Source of the DNA: Lama guanicoe | Taxonomy: Eukaryota | Direction: 5' to 3' | DNA: 64,000 nt | NCBI GenBank assembly: GCA_013239625.1 | Contig: MU053379.1 | Span: 3,826,866 to 3,890,865, forward strand | Shown here: positions 47,881-61,007 of the stretch, one piece after another | How positions within the stretch are numbered: position 1 is the first letter of the stretch | Layout of the letters: each line of letters opens with the position of its first letter | Program-made: the position numbers and the translations under genes | Notes under the pieces: model-generated | Seen by the model: only the letters and a program-made list of their open reading frames with translations | The model's database searches: none | Told to the model about the DNA's origin: nothing

Positions 47881-50566
47881 GAATTTTAAGAAAAGGAAAC
47901 ATGGTTGAGATGTGTCATCGTCGGCCCCAGAGCTCCCCCCGGCACCACGGCTCTCCCTCCCAGGCAGCGGTTTCCAAACCAGGTGGAGAGTATCCTCTCA
48001 CTTCCCAAACTTCCCTGGACTTCGGCTCCGACCCTAGGACTTGGAATCAGGGTTCCTCTTCTTGCCCCACTTGCCTCTCTCCCTCTCCAGTTTCATATCC
48101 ACATGATGCTCTGCCCGGAGAGCTTGGAGGGCCCCTGTCTTTCTTTCCTTTTGACTGACCTCAGGCAGGAAGTTTGTCCTGGAACACGTAACACTTCAAA
48201 GAGTTGATTTAAAATTCCCTGAAAACGAGGTGCCCTTGGCTTTTCTGTAAGGAAAGAACTTCTGTGAGGGTCGGGGGTCGTTCCAAAGCTAACCCCATGC
48301 TCCCAGTTGGTGACCCAGGGAATGACAATGCCTGCTGGACACTGGAACACAAATGCTCCCAGCTCGCCTGGAGCGCGCAGGACTTTCGTGCGTTTCTTTC
48401 CTATGGAATGACACAGCGCGCCGAGGAGTCGCCGCTGCCCCGCGTGGAGTCAGGTCCTGGGCGAAGGGAGGCGCAGCTCGACTTCACGCCCCAGAGCCTT
48501 TCAGCCTCCCCGATGCGCTGCGCCTGGCAGCCACCTATTTCGTCCGTCTTGGGGCTCACGAGATGCTGTTTCTTTGGATGGGACCATTTTCAGACTCAGC
48601 TAATTTACCATCCCAAGTCAACACCGGCCAGAGGCCACATTAGGGCAATTTGTTCTAAATTCATTATCATTAACATGCAAAGCAGCTGCAGGAAATTATA
48701 CAGCAGCTAAGCATTTACAGAAAAAAATGTTCTGATGCTGACATCCGGGCTGTTTGATCCAGAAACAAAGGGAAATATGGTCTTGCTGGCTGCAGCCTTA
48801 CTGAAAAAAAGATTTTTGCTTTCCTTAATAATCATTTTTAGTCCAAGTTATTTTTATTCCAGTGACACTGGCACTCGCCTGTGATTTTTGAGATGATAAT
48901 CAGAGCCATGTTCATGTGCTGGAAGTGCATGGCCAGGATCAGTAAGGACTGCGTAACCACACATCCCTTCATGCTTGGAATGAGCTCTGGAAACGACAGG
49001 GTGCCCGGAGCCAGGAGGGAGTAATGAAGGCAAAAAGGAGTCTTCTCACTGTGGAATGGGGTGAATAAGTTGTCCACTAGGCATGTGTGAAACAAACTGG
49101 GTTGTGAATTCGAGAAAACAAAAGTTACGTGATCTTTGGTGTCAGACAATTACCAGGAACTCAGTGGTACGGCCCAGAGTATCTGGTGATTAAGTCCAGT
49201 GACCTTTCTGAAGGGATGTGAGTTTTGTGGGTTTCAGAACTCAGTCCAACTTTGGGGTTTTGAAGGTTTGCACCAACTTGAAACCTTGCACGTTGCCAGT
49301 TTTTGATCTGTGTGTTTCAAAAATTCCTGATGAAAGACGGTGGGTTTCTGGGTACACCTGGACCACCAGGAGGCTCGACTTCTGCAGGGCTCACCCCTCA
49401 CTCGCCTTTTCCACTTTTCTCCACATGCCAAACGTGCACCAGATGTACAAAGCCAGTGCTCAAGGTCTGTTCTGATTTTGCTCATCTTGTGTCTTCATTC
49501 TGATGATGAGGTACCCTGGGGGTGGGGGAGGGAGCCGGGCTGACTGCCCCTGGTCCTCCAGAGCTGCTGGTGCGACATTCAGGAACTCTAAGAAGCTGCT
49601 CCTCGGAACTCCCGAAACTCCCACCACTAATTACTGCTCAGTGTGAAAGACTCTGAAAGAGTAAAGATATTCCAGGTAGACGTTGGGGGGGGGGGAGGGC
49701 TGTCTGGGCAGGTAAATTCATACAGCAAGTCTGTCTCACCGCTGAGCGGCAGCCCCTGCACCTGAAAACTCTGAGGGCCTGGGGGAGCTGGGGGTCTGGG
49801 GGTCTGGCAGTCTGGGGCTAGGGGTCTGGGGGGTCTAGAGATTTGGGGAAATGGAAGAAGATGAGCTGTTCTGGCCCCAGAGGTAGGAGGGAAGGACACA
49901 GGTCGTGGGGAGCCTGGAGTGGCTGCGGTGGAGACCAGGAAGAGGGACAGCGCACAAGAGCAGCAACACCCTGAAACTGGAGTCAGAGGTGATTGGGGGC
50001 CAGAGAGGTAGGATGTTTCTAAAACTAATGCTGTTTAACTCGGTATTTTTCTGTACCGTGTCTGGTGTAGTTTTAAACATTGTTAATTGGTCTTCATCGG
50101 GTTGCCCACGAGTCTGTGGATTCCTCTGGATGTTTGCTTTGCTGTTTCTAACATTTCTAACGTGCAGAATGAGAGTCCACGATTGTAGAGACTGTGTAGA
50201 AATCGTTTACGTGGAGGTTCTCTAGCCCCGCCCCTAACACTTGTGCGGCCGGGGGAGGGGCCCACGGGGGGGGGGCCCACACGCCCTGGGAGCTGTATTT
50301 GTTATAAAGCGGACTGCTGACTAAAACAGTTTCTACTCTTCCACAGTGACAAATACACCTTCACAACAACGGAGAAAAACGTGTGCGAGCTCCGGTGCAG
50401 GTGGCCCAGGGCGCCTGCCCGCTGCCGAAGACGGCTGAGTTTCATTATTGCTGCGCGGGCACCAGTGACGCTCAGGTGCGGGGTAAGCGGCCTGCGGCGC
50501 GTAAGCAAGTTATTCAGTCTTAAAGTTCTCTCACCTCATTTCAGCAAAATCACTAATCCTGTTTTT

Positions 50567-50735
50567 TATTTTTATTTATTTATTAAAAAAGTTTTAAGTT
50601 TTTTTTTTCTTTCTTTTTTGTGCAGAGAAATAATTAGGTTTACTTACTTTTTTTTTTTAATGGATGCACTGGGGACTGAACCCAGGACCTGGTGCATGCT
50701 AAGTGCACACTGTACCACTGAGTTGTCTCCTTTCC
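50567..50735 (-). mobile_element. tRNA-derived SINE (Vic-1-like) with TSD
   Basis: Reverse SINE body ACTGGGGACTGAACCCAGGACCT..GCATGCTAAG..TACCACTGAG; TSD ATCACTAATCCTGTTTTT (50549) and ATCACTAATACTATTTTT (50736). Confidence 0.9.
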
Positions 50736-53306
50736 ATCACTAATACTATTTTTAAAAGTCGAGATTTTTATGTAAGTTGTGCTGAAAGAAGATCATGCTG
50801 AGTTGGCAAACTTTGTCCAGTCATCAAGGTTCAGTAGGTTTCTAAAAACGATTTCAGTTTTGAGAGTCTTTCCTCTGCTAAGGCCGAGCAAATGGATTTT
50901 CGATATGATTCTTCAAGTGATATTTAGATGGGAAAGGAAGAGGGCAGGGGGGTTGTCACAGGTGACACGCCGCTGTCACAGGTGACGCGCCACTGTCATT
51001 ATTAAAATACATGTACTGTTATCATAGAGGTCACTATCACGCACATCAACATTTCCACTCCTTTTAGAGAGGCCTCCAGACCCAAGCCGTGAAGATTTGT
51101 AGTTCCCAGATTCTCCTTTCAAACTTCCCAGTGCTGGGATTTTACAGAGAACCCCCCTCCAAAAAAAAAGCCATCTATTGTTCACTGTGTTGAAGCCTTT
51201 GTTCCAGCAACACTAGAACCCATAAAAGACTCTGTAGAAACTTCTTTGGGATGATTTGTGTTTGTAACTTCCCCTTCATCATTGCAAACGGTTTTATTTC
51301 CTTATTCTAATTTCTCTCCTTTTTAATTTTTCTGGATGATGCCTTTTGTCACATAGTTCACATGCACTCTTATTTTATCTAAAATTAAAAAGATCTTTAT
51401 ACAGTAAAATAGCCAAACTTGGATCTGTTTTTGCTATTACTAATATTAACAGTAACCACAATTCATACCAAATAACTCTGGACAGTGCAAATTCAAAATT
51501 AATTCCATTTTCTTCCAAAGACCATGATTCACTCTTTATTTGGACATCTTCTACTTTTTACTGAACTTTTCGGATACATTTTGTGTCTCGTCTAAATTAA
51601 ATCTGATTTCTTTATCAGCGTTCAGTCAGCACACCCCTCGTGTGACCAAAAGGAGTCATAAAGTTAGAATTGATGGTGTTTCATCAAGATGTTCTATTTT
51701 GGGGCAAGTTCAGAAAATGTCATATACAATTTTGAATTGTTCCAAGAATGTCGTTGCCATTGGCCCAGCTGAGACCACGTCTCATAGTAACAAATTCAAA
51801 ACATGTGCCCCGCGTTGCACGAGGAACGCTGCTGGTTTCCAGCCAAATTTATGGCTTTACATCTTTCTCTTTACCAACCATGTCAGCACCATTATCATAG
51901 ACTTGCCCTGGACAGTCCTTTAAATTGTTTGAATAAAGCCAGCGTTTGAGATTCAATTTTACAAAAATTTAGCCAAATGTTTTGAAAATATTTTCATAAA
52001 ACATAACCAGTCACAATTCCAGCACCCGGCCTGCTGCTCACCTAACAGTATTGTTGTGTATACGACTTTAAGTGTCACGTGATTTTTTTAAACACTGCAG
52101 AATCCCTCAGCTGCCGCTTGTGACTGCTGTGATGACGGCTTAATTCTCGTGCACCTCTGGAACCAGTGGTTGGAATGCGAGGGGAAGCAGGGAAACAGAT
52201 GCTTGCACCAGCAAGTTCATTCTGTCTGAGGAAGAATTCCACACGTTAATTGATTGATTTTTTTTTTTTTTGTCTCCAGCCAAGTGCTTCCGCTCCTCAA
52301 ACTTCTCTGTTCCTGAGCAGTGTCAGCTTCTGACTTTGGCAACCACGAGCTCCAAAGGCCTGCGTGGCATCTGGGCACAGCCACCTCTCGTCTGCAGAGC
52401 TTAGGGCAGAAGGCGCGGGGTCGTCTGACTGAGCTCTCCGGCTCCAATCTGGCCTCCAGCTCTCTCCCGGGCCAGCTGGCTCGGCCGGTACCGGGAGGTC
52501 CCCTGATGATTCACAAACAGACTCCAAGATGGCGAGGCTCTCAGAGCGACGGCCCACGCTCTTCCCATGGGCCACGTGCTGGAACCACATGGGGAAAGCT
52601 TTTCTTTCTTTTTTTTTCTTGTTGTGTTTACAGGGAACGGTGTCTGATACATACAAGGCACTTAATAAATGTTTGTTGAATAGATGATGGTGATGAAGAT
52701 GGTTCCATGTCTAGATTTGGGAGGAGTGTTCCGTCAGCTGCCACGAGGCTGTGTTAAGCGTCCACCAGAGGAGAGAACAATGGAAGACAAACATATTCTG
52801 CTTATAGAGGGATCATTTACCTGATAAGTTTTGGCCCTGTGTGTCCGAATCAGTGTCTCCTGCTGGATTCTAAAGAACCTCCCACGGTCCGTGGCTGCTG
52901 GATACCATGTGCACACATGTGGATCCAGATCTAAAATTCCCCGTTTGCTTCTTGTCCATCGTCGCAGCGGGCTGAGTCCGTGAGCCTGGGTGCACCGATG
53001 ATGGGCAGCAGGAGACCCTCGTGAGGCTAAAGGACACGAAACAGCTCCAAGGAGAAAGGAGACGAGGACGCCTGGGTGGAGCCCACGACGGACGCTGGAG
53101 CCAGACCTGCTGACTCAGCCAGACAAAGGTGTCCTCCAGTCCCTCAGTGCGGCGCCACGGAGCTCTCGGAAGTTAACGTGCTGAGAAGAAGAGCATGACC
53201 GTGATGGCAACTGGCGAAGTCCGTGCGTGTCGGATCGTCCTGCTTTAGATCTCGCTAAAAGATGAGCAAAAAAACTAGTGCTTCTCTTTCAAAAGGTGTT
53301 TGGGCC

Positions 53307-53343
53307 GCAGCAGCAGGAGCAGGAGCAGCAGCGGCAGCAGCAG
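53307..53343. repeat. Imperfect (GCA)n trinucleotide repeat
   Basis: GCAGCAGCAGGAGCAGGAGCAGCAGCGGCAGCAGCAG. Confidence 0.85.
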
Positions 53344-53804
53344 ATGTGGACAGGCTTGTGCGGGGCTCTGCTGAGGGCGCTGCCTTCCGCCCCTTGGAAC
53401 GCCTTGCCTCGTGCGTTTGCCAACTAGCGTTTGACTGACAGCCACGTGGATTCCATCTTGTCTCTAAGACACTCAGGAAAACGGCGGTGAGGGCTGCAAA
53501 GGGTGGACAAGAGAAAAAAAATGATTGCGAAGCCAGTGAATCATTTACGAAGCTTGCAAAACATTTGCTCCTCTGGGTTTTTCTAATCCCAAGGAGACTG
53601 CATGACTCTTTCTCGGCGGGGCAGCTGTTTTGATGCCTCTGGTGGCTGATCGGGCTGGGATGGAAGGTGGTCTGTGGGTGAGGAAGGCTATGTGACTGGC
53701 TCAACTGAGCAGCACAGCAAAGAAAGAAAATCAGGTCAACCCTGAGGCCGTGACACTGGTGGGTACCCCTGGTGAAATTTTCACCAGCCATGGAATTTTT
53801 TTTA

Positions 53805-54285
53805 GGAAAAGTGTACTTTTAGATTTCACAAATTGTGTAAACTGGCGCTCAGATTAAGAAGCAGACCGTTTCCAGCCCCTAGAAGCATCCCGTCCGTGTT
53901 CCTTCCAGGCAGGGCCCTCCAGCTAGTAACCGCCATCCTGAACTCTAACATCACGGACTCGTTTTGCTGTTGATAGATCACATACGCTGCGGTATGGCTT
54001 TTTTCATTCAACAATGTGTGAGTTTCATCCACTGTGTTGTATGTAGTTGGAGCTCATTCTTGCTCAGGGCTGTATAGTATTCAGCGATATTGTATCACAG
54101 TGTGTTTATTCATTTACTGCTCATCGAGTTTGTGCATTTTTCAACTTGGAGCTGTCTCAGAGAATGCTGAAATAAGCACTCTCGTCCATGTCTTTTGTTG
54201 AAATAGCACACACTTTTGTGGGGTAAGTTCCTGGGAGTGGAACTGCTGAGTCACTGGGGATGTGTGTGCTTCGCTTTGGTACCAG
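53805..54285 (-). mobile_element. Old L1 (L1ME-like) 3' fragment
   Basis: GGCTTTTTTCATTCAACAATG..TTCATCCA..GTATAGTATTC..GGGAGTGGAACTGCTGAGTCA. Confidence 0.75.
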
Positions 54286-55239
54286 CAGGCAGGTTTGCAA
54301 AATGTTTGGAATCAATTTTTATTGCCCTCATTTGGCAAACTGATAATTCACGAACAATGCGGAAGCAAACTGTACCTCAACTGAGCTCTGGTGGAACAGT
54401 CACATTTCACGAAGAAGTGGAAGTCGGGGGGTGCAGGCAGCGCCCCGTGGGGGCACCAGCCCTGCTGATCCTGATTCTACTCACAGACTCCCCGAGCCAG
54501 GAAGCCGATCTTACATTTTAAGGGGTAGTCAACTGGTTTTGCATCTTATTGCAGCTCCAGCATGTGCTATAAGGCAGGTAAAGATATAAGTGAGTTTAGC
54601 TGGGCAAGTAAAGCTACTTATTATGTCCCTGCTTGTTTTCAACTAAACTGTCAAATACACAGGAAGATAAGGACCATCAACTGCCCACCTTTCAGAGGCT
54701 ATCAGTCGTGCTGTGACTCCCGATGAACTGTGTGTGTGGGGGGCAGGCCCGTCTTTCTGTTTGGGGATTTGCCACTGGGTGTAAGTAACCGGGAGCAACA
54801 GCCATGGAAAATAGAAATAAACCTTTTCAAATGCTCTTGTAATCAAGCATGAATGAAGGCTAGAGTCTTGGCTGCAAACGTGAACACCGGCAGCACGACC
54901 TGCTTTATGAACGTAAACCTGTCTCACCCACGTGCTCACACCCACTCCCAGGCTCGCAGCGCCCAGGGCCCCGGCTGGTTAGCGGGAAGTGGGCTCTAGC
55001 TGCTGGGCCCCTGGGCGAATCGGGTGGACTTGTCAGCAGGTGTGGAAGACTAGAGAGAAGAGGGAGGAACAGCTGGCATCCAGGACGGATGCAGTCTTTG
55101 TCAGCAGTCACCACCCACGCTCACAGACCAGTTTGCACTTGTAACAACTGTCTGTTACGTTTGTTACAACCTCCTTTGTGTGTAAAGGGTACCTGTTGCT
55201 TCCTTGTGTCTAGAGAGAAGCTGATGTCATGAACTCAAC

Positions 55240-55460
55240 AGCGCTGCTGAGTGCATGGGGCGCTCACCACGTGCTCAGCCTGTGTCGGGCTTACAAGGGC
55301 TCAGAGGTCACTTTGAGACAGGCACTTCATCTCCCTCGTCTCGCAGATGAATGGCAGAGGGTTAGGGAGTCCTGCAACTTGCCCCGAATCCTGCAGGTGT
55401 GACAAAGACAGAGGAGACCAGGAGCGAGGACCAGGTGTAACCCCAGAGTCCAGTTTCCGA
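55240..55460 (-). mobile_element. Diverged MIR
   Basis: CATCTCCC..GCAGATGA..AACTTGCCC motifs. Confidence 0.45.
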
Positions 55461-55755
55461 AGATCAGAGTCCCAGGGATGGAGGGGAAAAGTGTGGAGAC
55501 AGACTGAGAGCTGGACGAGAGACGTGGAGCTGGGGGCATCATCTGGGAAAGCAAAGAACATGGGAAAAGTTAAAAGGAAAATGCAACTGATTATATCATG
55601 AAAAGCAAAAATTTGAGGTCCTTAAAGAATGGCAAAGCTCTATGAAGCACTTGGAAACAAAAGAGCTTTGGCACAAGAATTTGAGAAAAGTACGTTCGTA
55701 GGACTTGTCTTGAGATGATCTTGTCACGATGATGAACAAAGCAAGCCCAACGCAG

Positions 55756-55769
55756 GCAGCAGAGGGCGC
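55756..55769 (+). promoter_or_regulatory. CTCF core motif
   Basis: GCAGCAGAGGGCGC, one deviation from CCASYAGRKGGCRS. Motif match only. Confidence 0.45.
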
Positions 55770-56047
55770 CCGAGAAGACCCCGGCCTCTTACTTGCAAGC
55801 TCAGTTACAGCATCACGCGTTCGGCCTTGTGCCCTTGCACGGTTGAAGAATTACCTCTATTGTTCCCTCCTCTTAATCTGACTCAATATGGTTACACTTC
55901 CCCAGTTTTCTTTAGCCAACTCAGCATATCCAAATCCACTTTTAACCTCTTTGCCTCAAGCTGCTCAGTGTCACAACATCATGTTTTATTCAAAGATCAG
56001 GAGTGAAGGCTTTTTCACCTGTACCTTCTAGATGGTTCTGTGAGATC

Positions 56048-56207
56048 CTCACTACTCAGCCTGGCCTGTGGACCAGCGGCATCAGCGTCCTTGGGAGCTG
56101 GTGAGAAGCGCGGGCCCTTGGGACCCACCCCCGACCTACTGAGTCGGACTCTGCTTTTCAGCAAGACGCCCAAGGGATTCTCGTCCTCTGCGTTCTGAGA
56201 AGCGCTG
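56048..56207 (+). mobile_element. MER5A1-like hAT-Charlie MITE
   Basis: GGACCAGCGGCATCAGC..CCCACCCCCGACCTACTGAGTC..TGAGAAGCGCTG. Confidence 0.8.
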
Positions 56208-56844
56208 TATGAGCTAAATGACCCCGGAGGGTGGGGACTTGCCCTGCTTTGTAGTTTCCCACACAAGTCGTAATTGTATAAATGGTTGGTTAACCTGCTA
56301 CACGATGGGAAAGCAATCTTCAAGAAGCAGACAGTACCGACGTTTCCAGAACTTTTCACTGAAGTGAGTATTGACCGCCAGTGCGTAATCCTCATTCAGA
56401 CTAGTTATCAGTTTGTCATAGTCGATTTCTGACTAGTCGTGGGGAGGATTGTCTGGGGGAGGAGGTGCCATAAACAGGCACGGACTCCCCCGTTTGAGAG
56501 CACGGGAGAGCAGTCTGCTGACCCCGAGGTGGGGGAAGCTGCTATCCGGGCCCCCGGGCTGTGATGCTGGGTGACTGGCGGCTGCGTGGACTTCCCGGAT
56601 GGCCCGCGCCTACTGGGCGTGATTGATGCGGTCCATCTGGCTTGAGACGCATCTGGTTTGGATCGCCTGGATGTAACGCAGCTCTCTGGAAACAAAGGAA
56701 TTAATTTAGACACAACATCATGATACTGTAGATGAACGTCACACACTTGTTAGTGTAACTACTGGTGTCACTAAATAGAGCTTTAATTTTAGTCTATCCC
56801 TCGTCTGTTCTCCTCTGAGCAGTGAGCCTCAAGGCTGGGCAAGC

Positions 56845-57011
56845 CTCAGAATTCCCTGGGGGTCTGGTTAACACACAGCTCCCGGGCTCTGTCCTCAGAG
56901 TGTCTGATCTTTAGGTGGGAGGTGGGGTCCAAGAATGTGCATTTTGAACAAACTCCTGACTGATCATCAATCAGATGCCGCTGAGTCAGGACCACCCTTC
57001 GAGGGCCACTG
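56845..57011 (-). mobile_element. MER5A-like MITE
   Basis: GGTGGGGTCCAAGAATGTGCATTTT..GGACCACCCTTCGAGGGCCACTG. Confidence 0.75.
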
Positions 57012-57725
57012 CCCTGAAGCATTAGCAGACGCATAGCCAGTGATGGGAGCAGCCCACTCTTCTCTTTCTCTTTTTAAAAAAGTGCCACTGATTTTTCTCC
57101 TGCCCTCGTCTGTACCTGACTTTTGGGTGTCTTCCTCTGGCAACCCACAGACTGGGGGGGGGCAGGGGTGCTAGGGCACGCTCTGCTTCTGTTTCTTATT
57201 TGCAAGGCTTTCTGGCCACATGTGACCCTGCACAGAGGCAAACCGAGGCGTGGTCCAGGCAAGGCCATAGACCTGCCTCGGCCACGCACCACATGTGTGG
57301 TAGGGGACACACAGACGTAAGCACGACCTGGACTTTTAGACTGGAGAAGGTCAGAGGCCTGGTGTCTTTCCTGGTCTCCCTGAGGTGAAACACTCTGCTT
57401 CCGCTCCTGTGTGCAGGTTGGGTGGCACAGCCCCTTCCCGGGCAGTTGAGCTGGGAAGACAAATGGGGTGTCTCTACCCCTGAAACAGCTGGAGTTTTCT
57501 GATGAGTCTGGTACCCAGCCTGGGACTCTAAGCTAAGCTGTGACTCGCTGGGAGGGACAGTTGCACTTCCCAAAGGTCAGCCCCAAAGCCACAACCGCAC
57601 TGTAACCCTGCCACCTTTGGGGGATCTACACTAACGCGAGGTGGGGCAAAGGATGGGCTGATGTAGTTTGGGACCTAGCCTAGAATGAGGTCTTCAAACT
57701 GCTGGCAAAGTCAGAGTCACTATCG

Positions 57726-58206
57726 TTTTTCTCTTTTCTTTTTTAATTGAAATATAGTTGATTTACAATGTTGTTAGTTTCAGGTGTACAGCAAAGTGAT
57801 TCAGTTTTTATATATATATATATATAAATTATATATATATATATAAAGAATATATATATATATTTTTTCAAATTCTTTTTCATTATAGATTATTACAAGA
57901 TATTGAATATAGTTCCCTGTGTTCTACAGTAAATACTTGTTGTTTATCTGTTTTATATATAGTCATGTGTATCAGTTAATACCAAACTTCTAATTTCCCC
58001 TCCCCTCTTTTCCCCCTGGTAACCACAAGTTTATTTCCTACGTCCATGAGTCTCTTCCTGTTTTATAAACAAGTGCATTTGTGTCACTTTTTAAGTTCTA
58101 CATGTAAGTGATATCATATATATTTACCTTTCTGTCTGGCTGACTTCACTTAGTATGATGATCTCTAGGACCATCCATGTTGCTGCAAATAGCATTTCAT
58201 TTTTTA
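57726..58206 (-). mobile_element. L1 3' end with (TA)n expansion
   Basis: TTTTAATTGAAATATAGTTGATTTACAAT..ATCCATGTTGCTGCAAAT; (TA)n at about 57809-57862. Confidence 0.9.
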
Positions 58207-61007
58207 TAAAGCTACTATCTTTTGAATGATCAATTTAAAATGGATCCAGAAAAAAAAATATGAATTCAGAAAATTTTGAAAGAACAAGAAAGGCACCTCT
58301 CCAGCAACACCAGAGAGCTAAGGTCTGTGGGAACTGAAGAGGCGCGTTCTGACCACTTTCCGCAGGCTCAGACCGTTCTGCCGGGAAAAGCTGGGACGTG
58401 AGAGGTGAATTCCTAAATGCCTTTCATAGCAAACAATGTCAGGTTCTACCCATGACCCATCAGCAGTGTTAAAATGGTTGAAGAGGACAGTTTAGGTGAC
58501 ACACACAGACTCTCACACTCAGGAAGCAGGAAGACTCCATTCCCAAGGGGCCAGAGAACCACAAAATGGGGTGGAAAGCAGGGCATCATCAAAGGATGAA
58601 GAATAAGGAGCAGGAAGAGAGAAATAGGAAATGAAAGAGGAACAGGGTGTAAATACAGAGGCCAGAGCTGGCCCGGCCCTTGCAGGTTGGCTGACTGGCC
58701 ACCCCAGGCCTTTATTAGGTGCAAAAGCTACGTAGGTGCCGGACCCAGGGAAGGAGCAGCTCCTTCTTGGGCCTGGAAAGTTATTTCACATCAGCAATCA
58801 CACCCCCTGTCTTAGCCTGAGAGCTTTCTTTCACGACCAGCGCCAGGTGTGGGGAGCGGGGACCACCTGGTGACTGATGGGTGTTGGGGTATACATACCT
58901 CAGCTCCCTCCCCGTGGGGGGAGAATCCTTGTGAAATGCTGCCCAAGCTCCCCACGGGGTCAGGTTCCAGTTGTCCCTGGCTGCCCTACATCCCTGCCAC
59001 CTCCTCCACTGTCACCAGGGTCCTGTCCCCTCACTTCCTGCTCTCATCCCCAGCCAGGCTGAGCTTAGAATCAGGAGAGAGAGGCCCCAGACAGCTCTGC
59101 TGCTGTTGTCACCGGCCATGTGATTACCTTCATGTCCTGTCTTGACAGCAGAGCCAACAAGAGAGGGAAGACCATGGACCTAAGGCCAGATTACTCTTCT
59201 GGAAGTTGGAGTGGTTCCAACAGCAAGTTCTTCGATGCTCAAGGAACTAACTTATTGACCCCAAGATGATCTGCTTTGATGTTCTACCCTACAGTGGCCT
59301 GTGTAAGGAGAAAATCTGTTCAAAGACATAGGAAGGTGGCCATTATGATGCCCCATGTCAGCCGATTTCTGGGGACCTCGCCTACACTTTAAGTTTCCTT
59401 TAAGTTAGGTAGAAAAAAAATCAGTTAACATCTGCTTAACAGGCACGTCACAAGGATTTTAAAGCTCTTGAGTGGAAACTGATGAGAACTTCTCAGAATG
59501 TTCCAGATTCCCAATTTCTTTGTCAGTAAAGAACTTTTTACATGTTCAGCCTTTCTAATCTCCTCCTCAAGAGAATGTGAATCGCTGTTATTAAAGATAA
59601 AAGCTCCTAAAGCATTTTCAGAGATTCTGTAAGATCACGGATGGGTTGCCTTGGATTCTGCACCGCCCGACGCTGGATAGAACTAAGCCTACTGACTAGG
59701 CTTGGAGGCCGTTTTGAAACTGCAGTTTTTCAACAGGAGAATATTTATTAAAATGCACGTGGTCCTACAGATAAGATTAATAATACTGCTAACCATCAAA
59801 AGACCCCGTGGACATGGAAGTAAAATGCTTTCGTAGGCAGACCCACGGCAAGAATAGGCAAAACTGGCATCAGGCCAAGCATGTCAATCCACGCATCAGA
59901 GTCCTGAGGTCGGGCAAGATTGAAAACACGTTTGGGGAAGTTAATTCCCCGTAATTTGGAAACCCGTGTGCATTTCAAGGGGAATTTAATTCGTGTGTTT
60001 CTAATTCATTTACACTCAAGTCATCAAAACATTATTTTCAAAGAATTACTTCATTTTCATATCCAGGAAATATCATGAATCCTTTTAGCAAGATTCTTGA
60101 AGCCTTGAAAAAAATGTCTTTCAGTTAAGTGGTCGTGTTTGGCCAGCCCCACGCAGGACTTACAAACAGAGTCCGGGAGCAGCGTCGCGCTAACATGAAG
60201 ACCCCGTGTTTCCGCCGCTGTGAGCTTTGCTGCGTTAAGCACGGGTGGACAAAGGCATCCTGTAATTAGTGCCTTAATTACACCTGCCCCACCATCTTAA
60301 TGACCGGCTCCTCGGGGACGGTTGCGCTCCACATGCGATCACTGACCCTACCTTTGGTTTTCCTTAGGGGATGGGCTGACATGTGCACGTCCCTCGGGAG
60401 TTTAAATGCAGGTGTCGGTGTGGGTTGCGTCTGGGAGAGACCGAGATTTGCCTCGCTGTGTAAGAAGAGCCCAGAGATGCCGAATCTTCCTAAACAAGAG
60501 AAAGCCTGGGAAAGAAGGCTCGGAGGAAGTGGGCCATTTAACATAATTAATTTAATTTGTAAAGAAGCAGAGTGGATGGGGTTAGTCATAATTTTGCACA
60601 CAATTTCTGGGATAAGAAACAAAAGCAATTTTATTAGATCAAAGCCTAGAAAGGCAGCAGATAAAATGTTAGTATGAAACATGGAAGACAAGAGGATTAA
60701 TTTTCCATGTTTCTGTTTCTGAAGTATGACAATTATTCTGGGGTCCAAGTCAAAATGTGTTCGCAACTCCTGATGAAGTTGGTGTGGGAGGGAGAAGCCC
60801 CTCCAGTTTCTGAGAGTGAAGGAAGAAAGCCAGGCCGTGCTGGAGTGTTCGGTTTATGCCCAGCGAGGGAGACTGAATTTTCTGAGAATCCTTTTTTGGG
60901 TGGGAGGGTAGGGGTGCCAAGCGAGGGCGGCCAACCCGGGGGTGCTGAGTGGTGACCTGTTCCGACCCGCCCACTCCGCCAGTCACCAATTGCGACCTGT
61001 GTATTTT

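Noticed and set aside
53255..53791. Poly-alanine protein (178-aa ORF)
   Set aside because: The Ala run comes from a short GCA repeat; no homology recognised and no convincing exon structure.
55139..55169. 9-bp inverted repeat TTGTAACAA...TTGTTACAA as a miRNA-like hairpin
   Set aside because: The stem is too short and AT-rich for a pre-miRNA.
56048..57011. Inverted MER5 pair as a dsRNA-forming element
   Set aside because: Both copies are heavily diverged and there is no evidence of transcription; this is a common arrangement.
59174..59269. 31-aa small ORF with strong Kozak (ACCATGG) after an acceptor-like site
   Set aside because: Single short ORF with no linked exon, poly(A) signal or recognised homology; compatible with chance.
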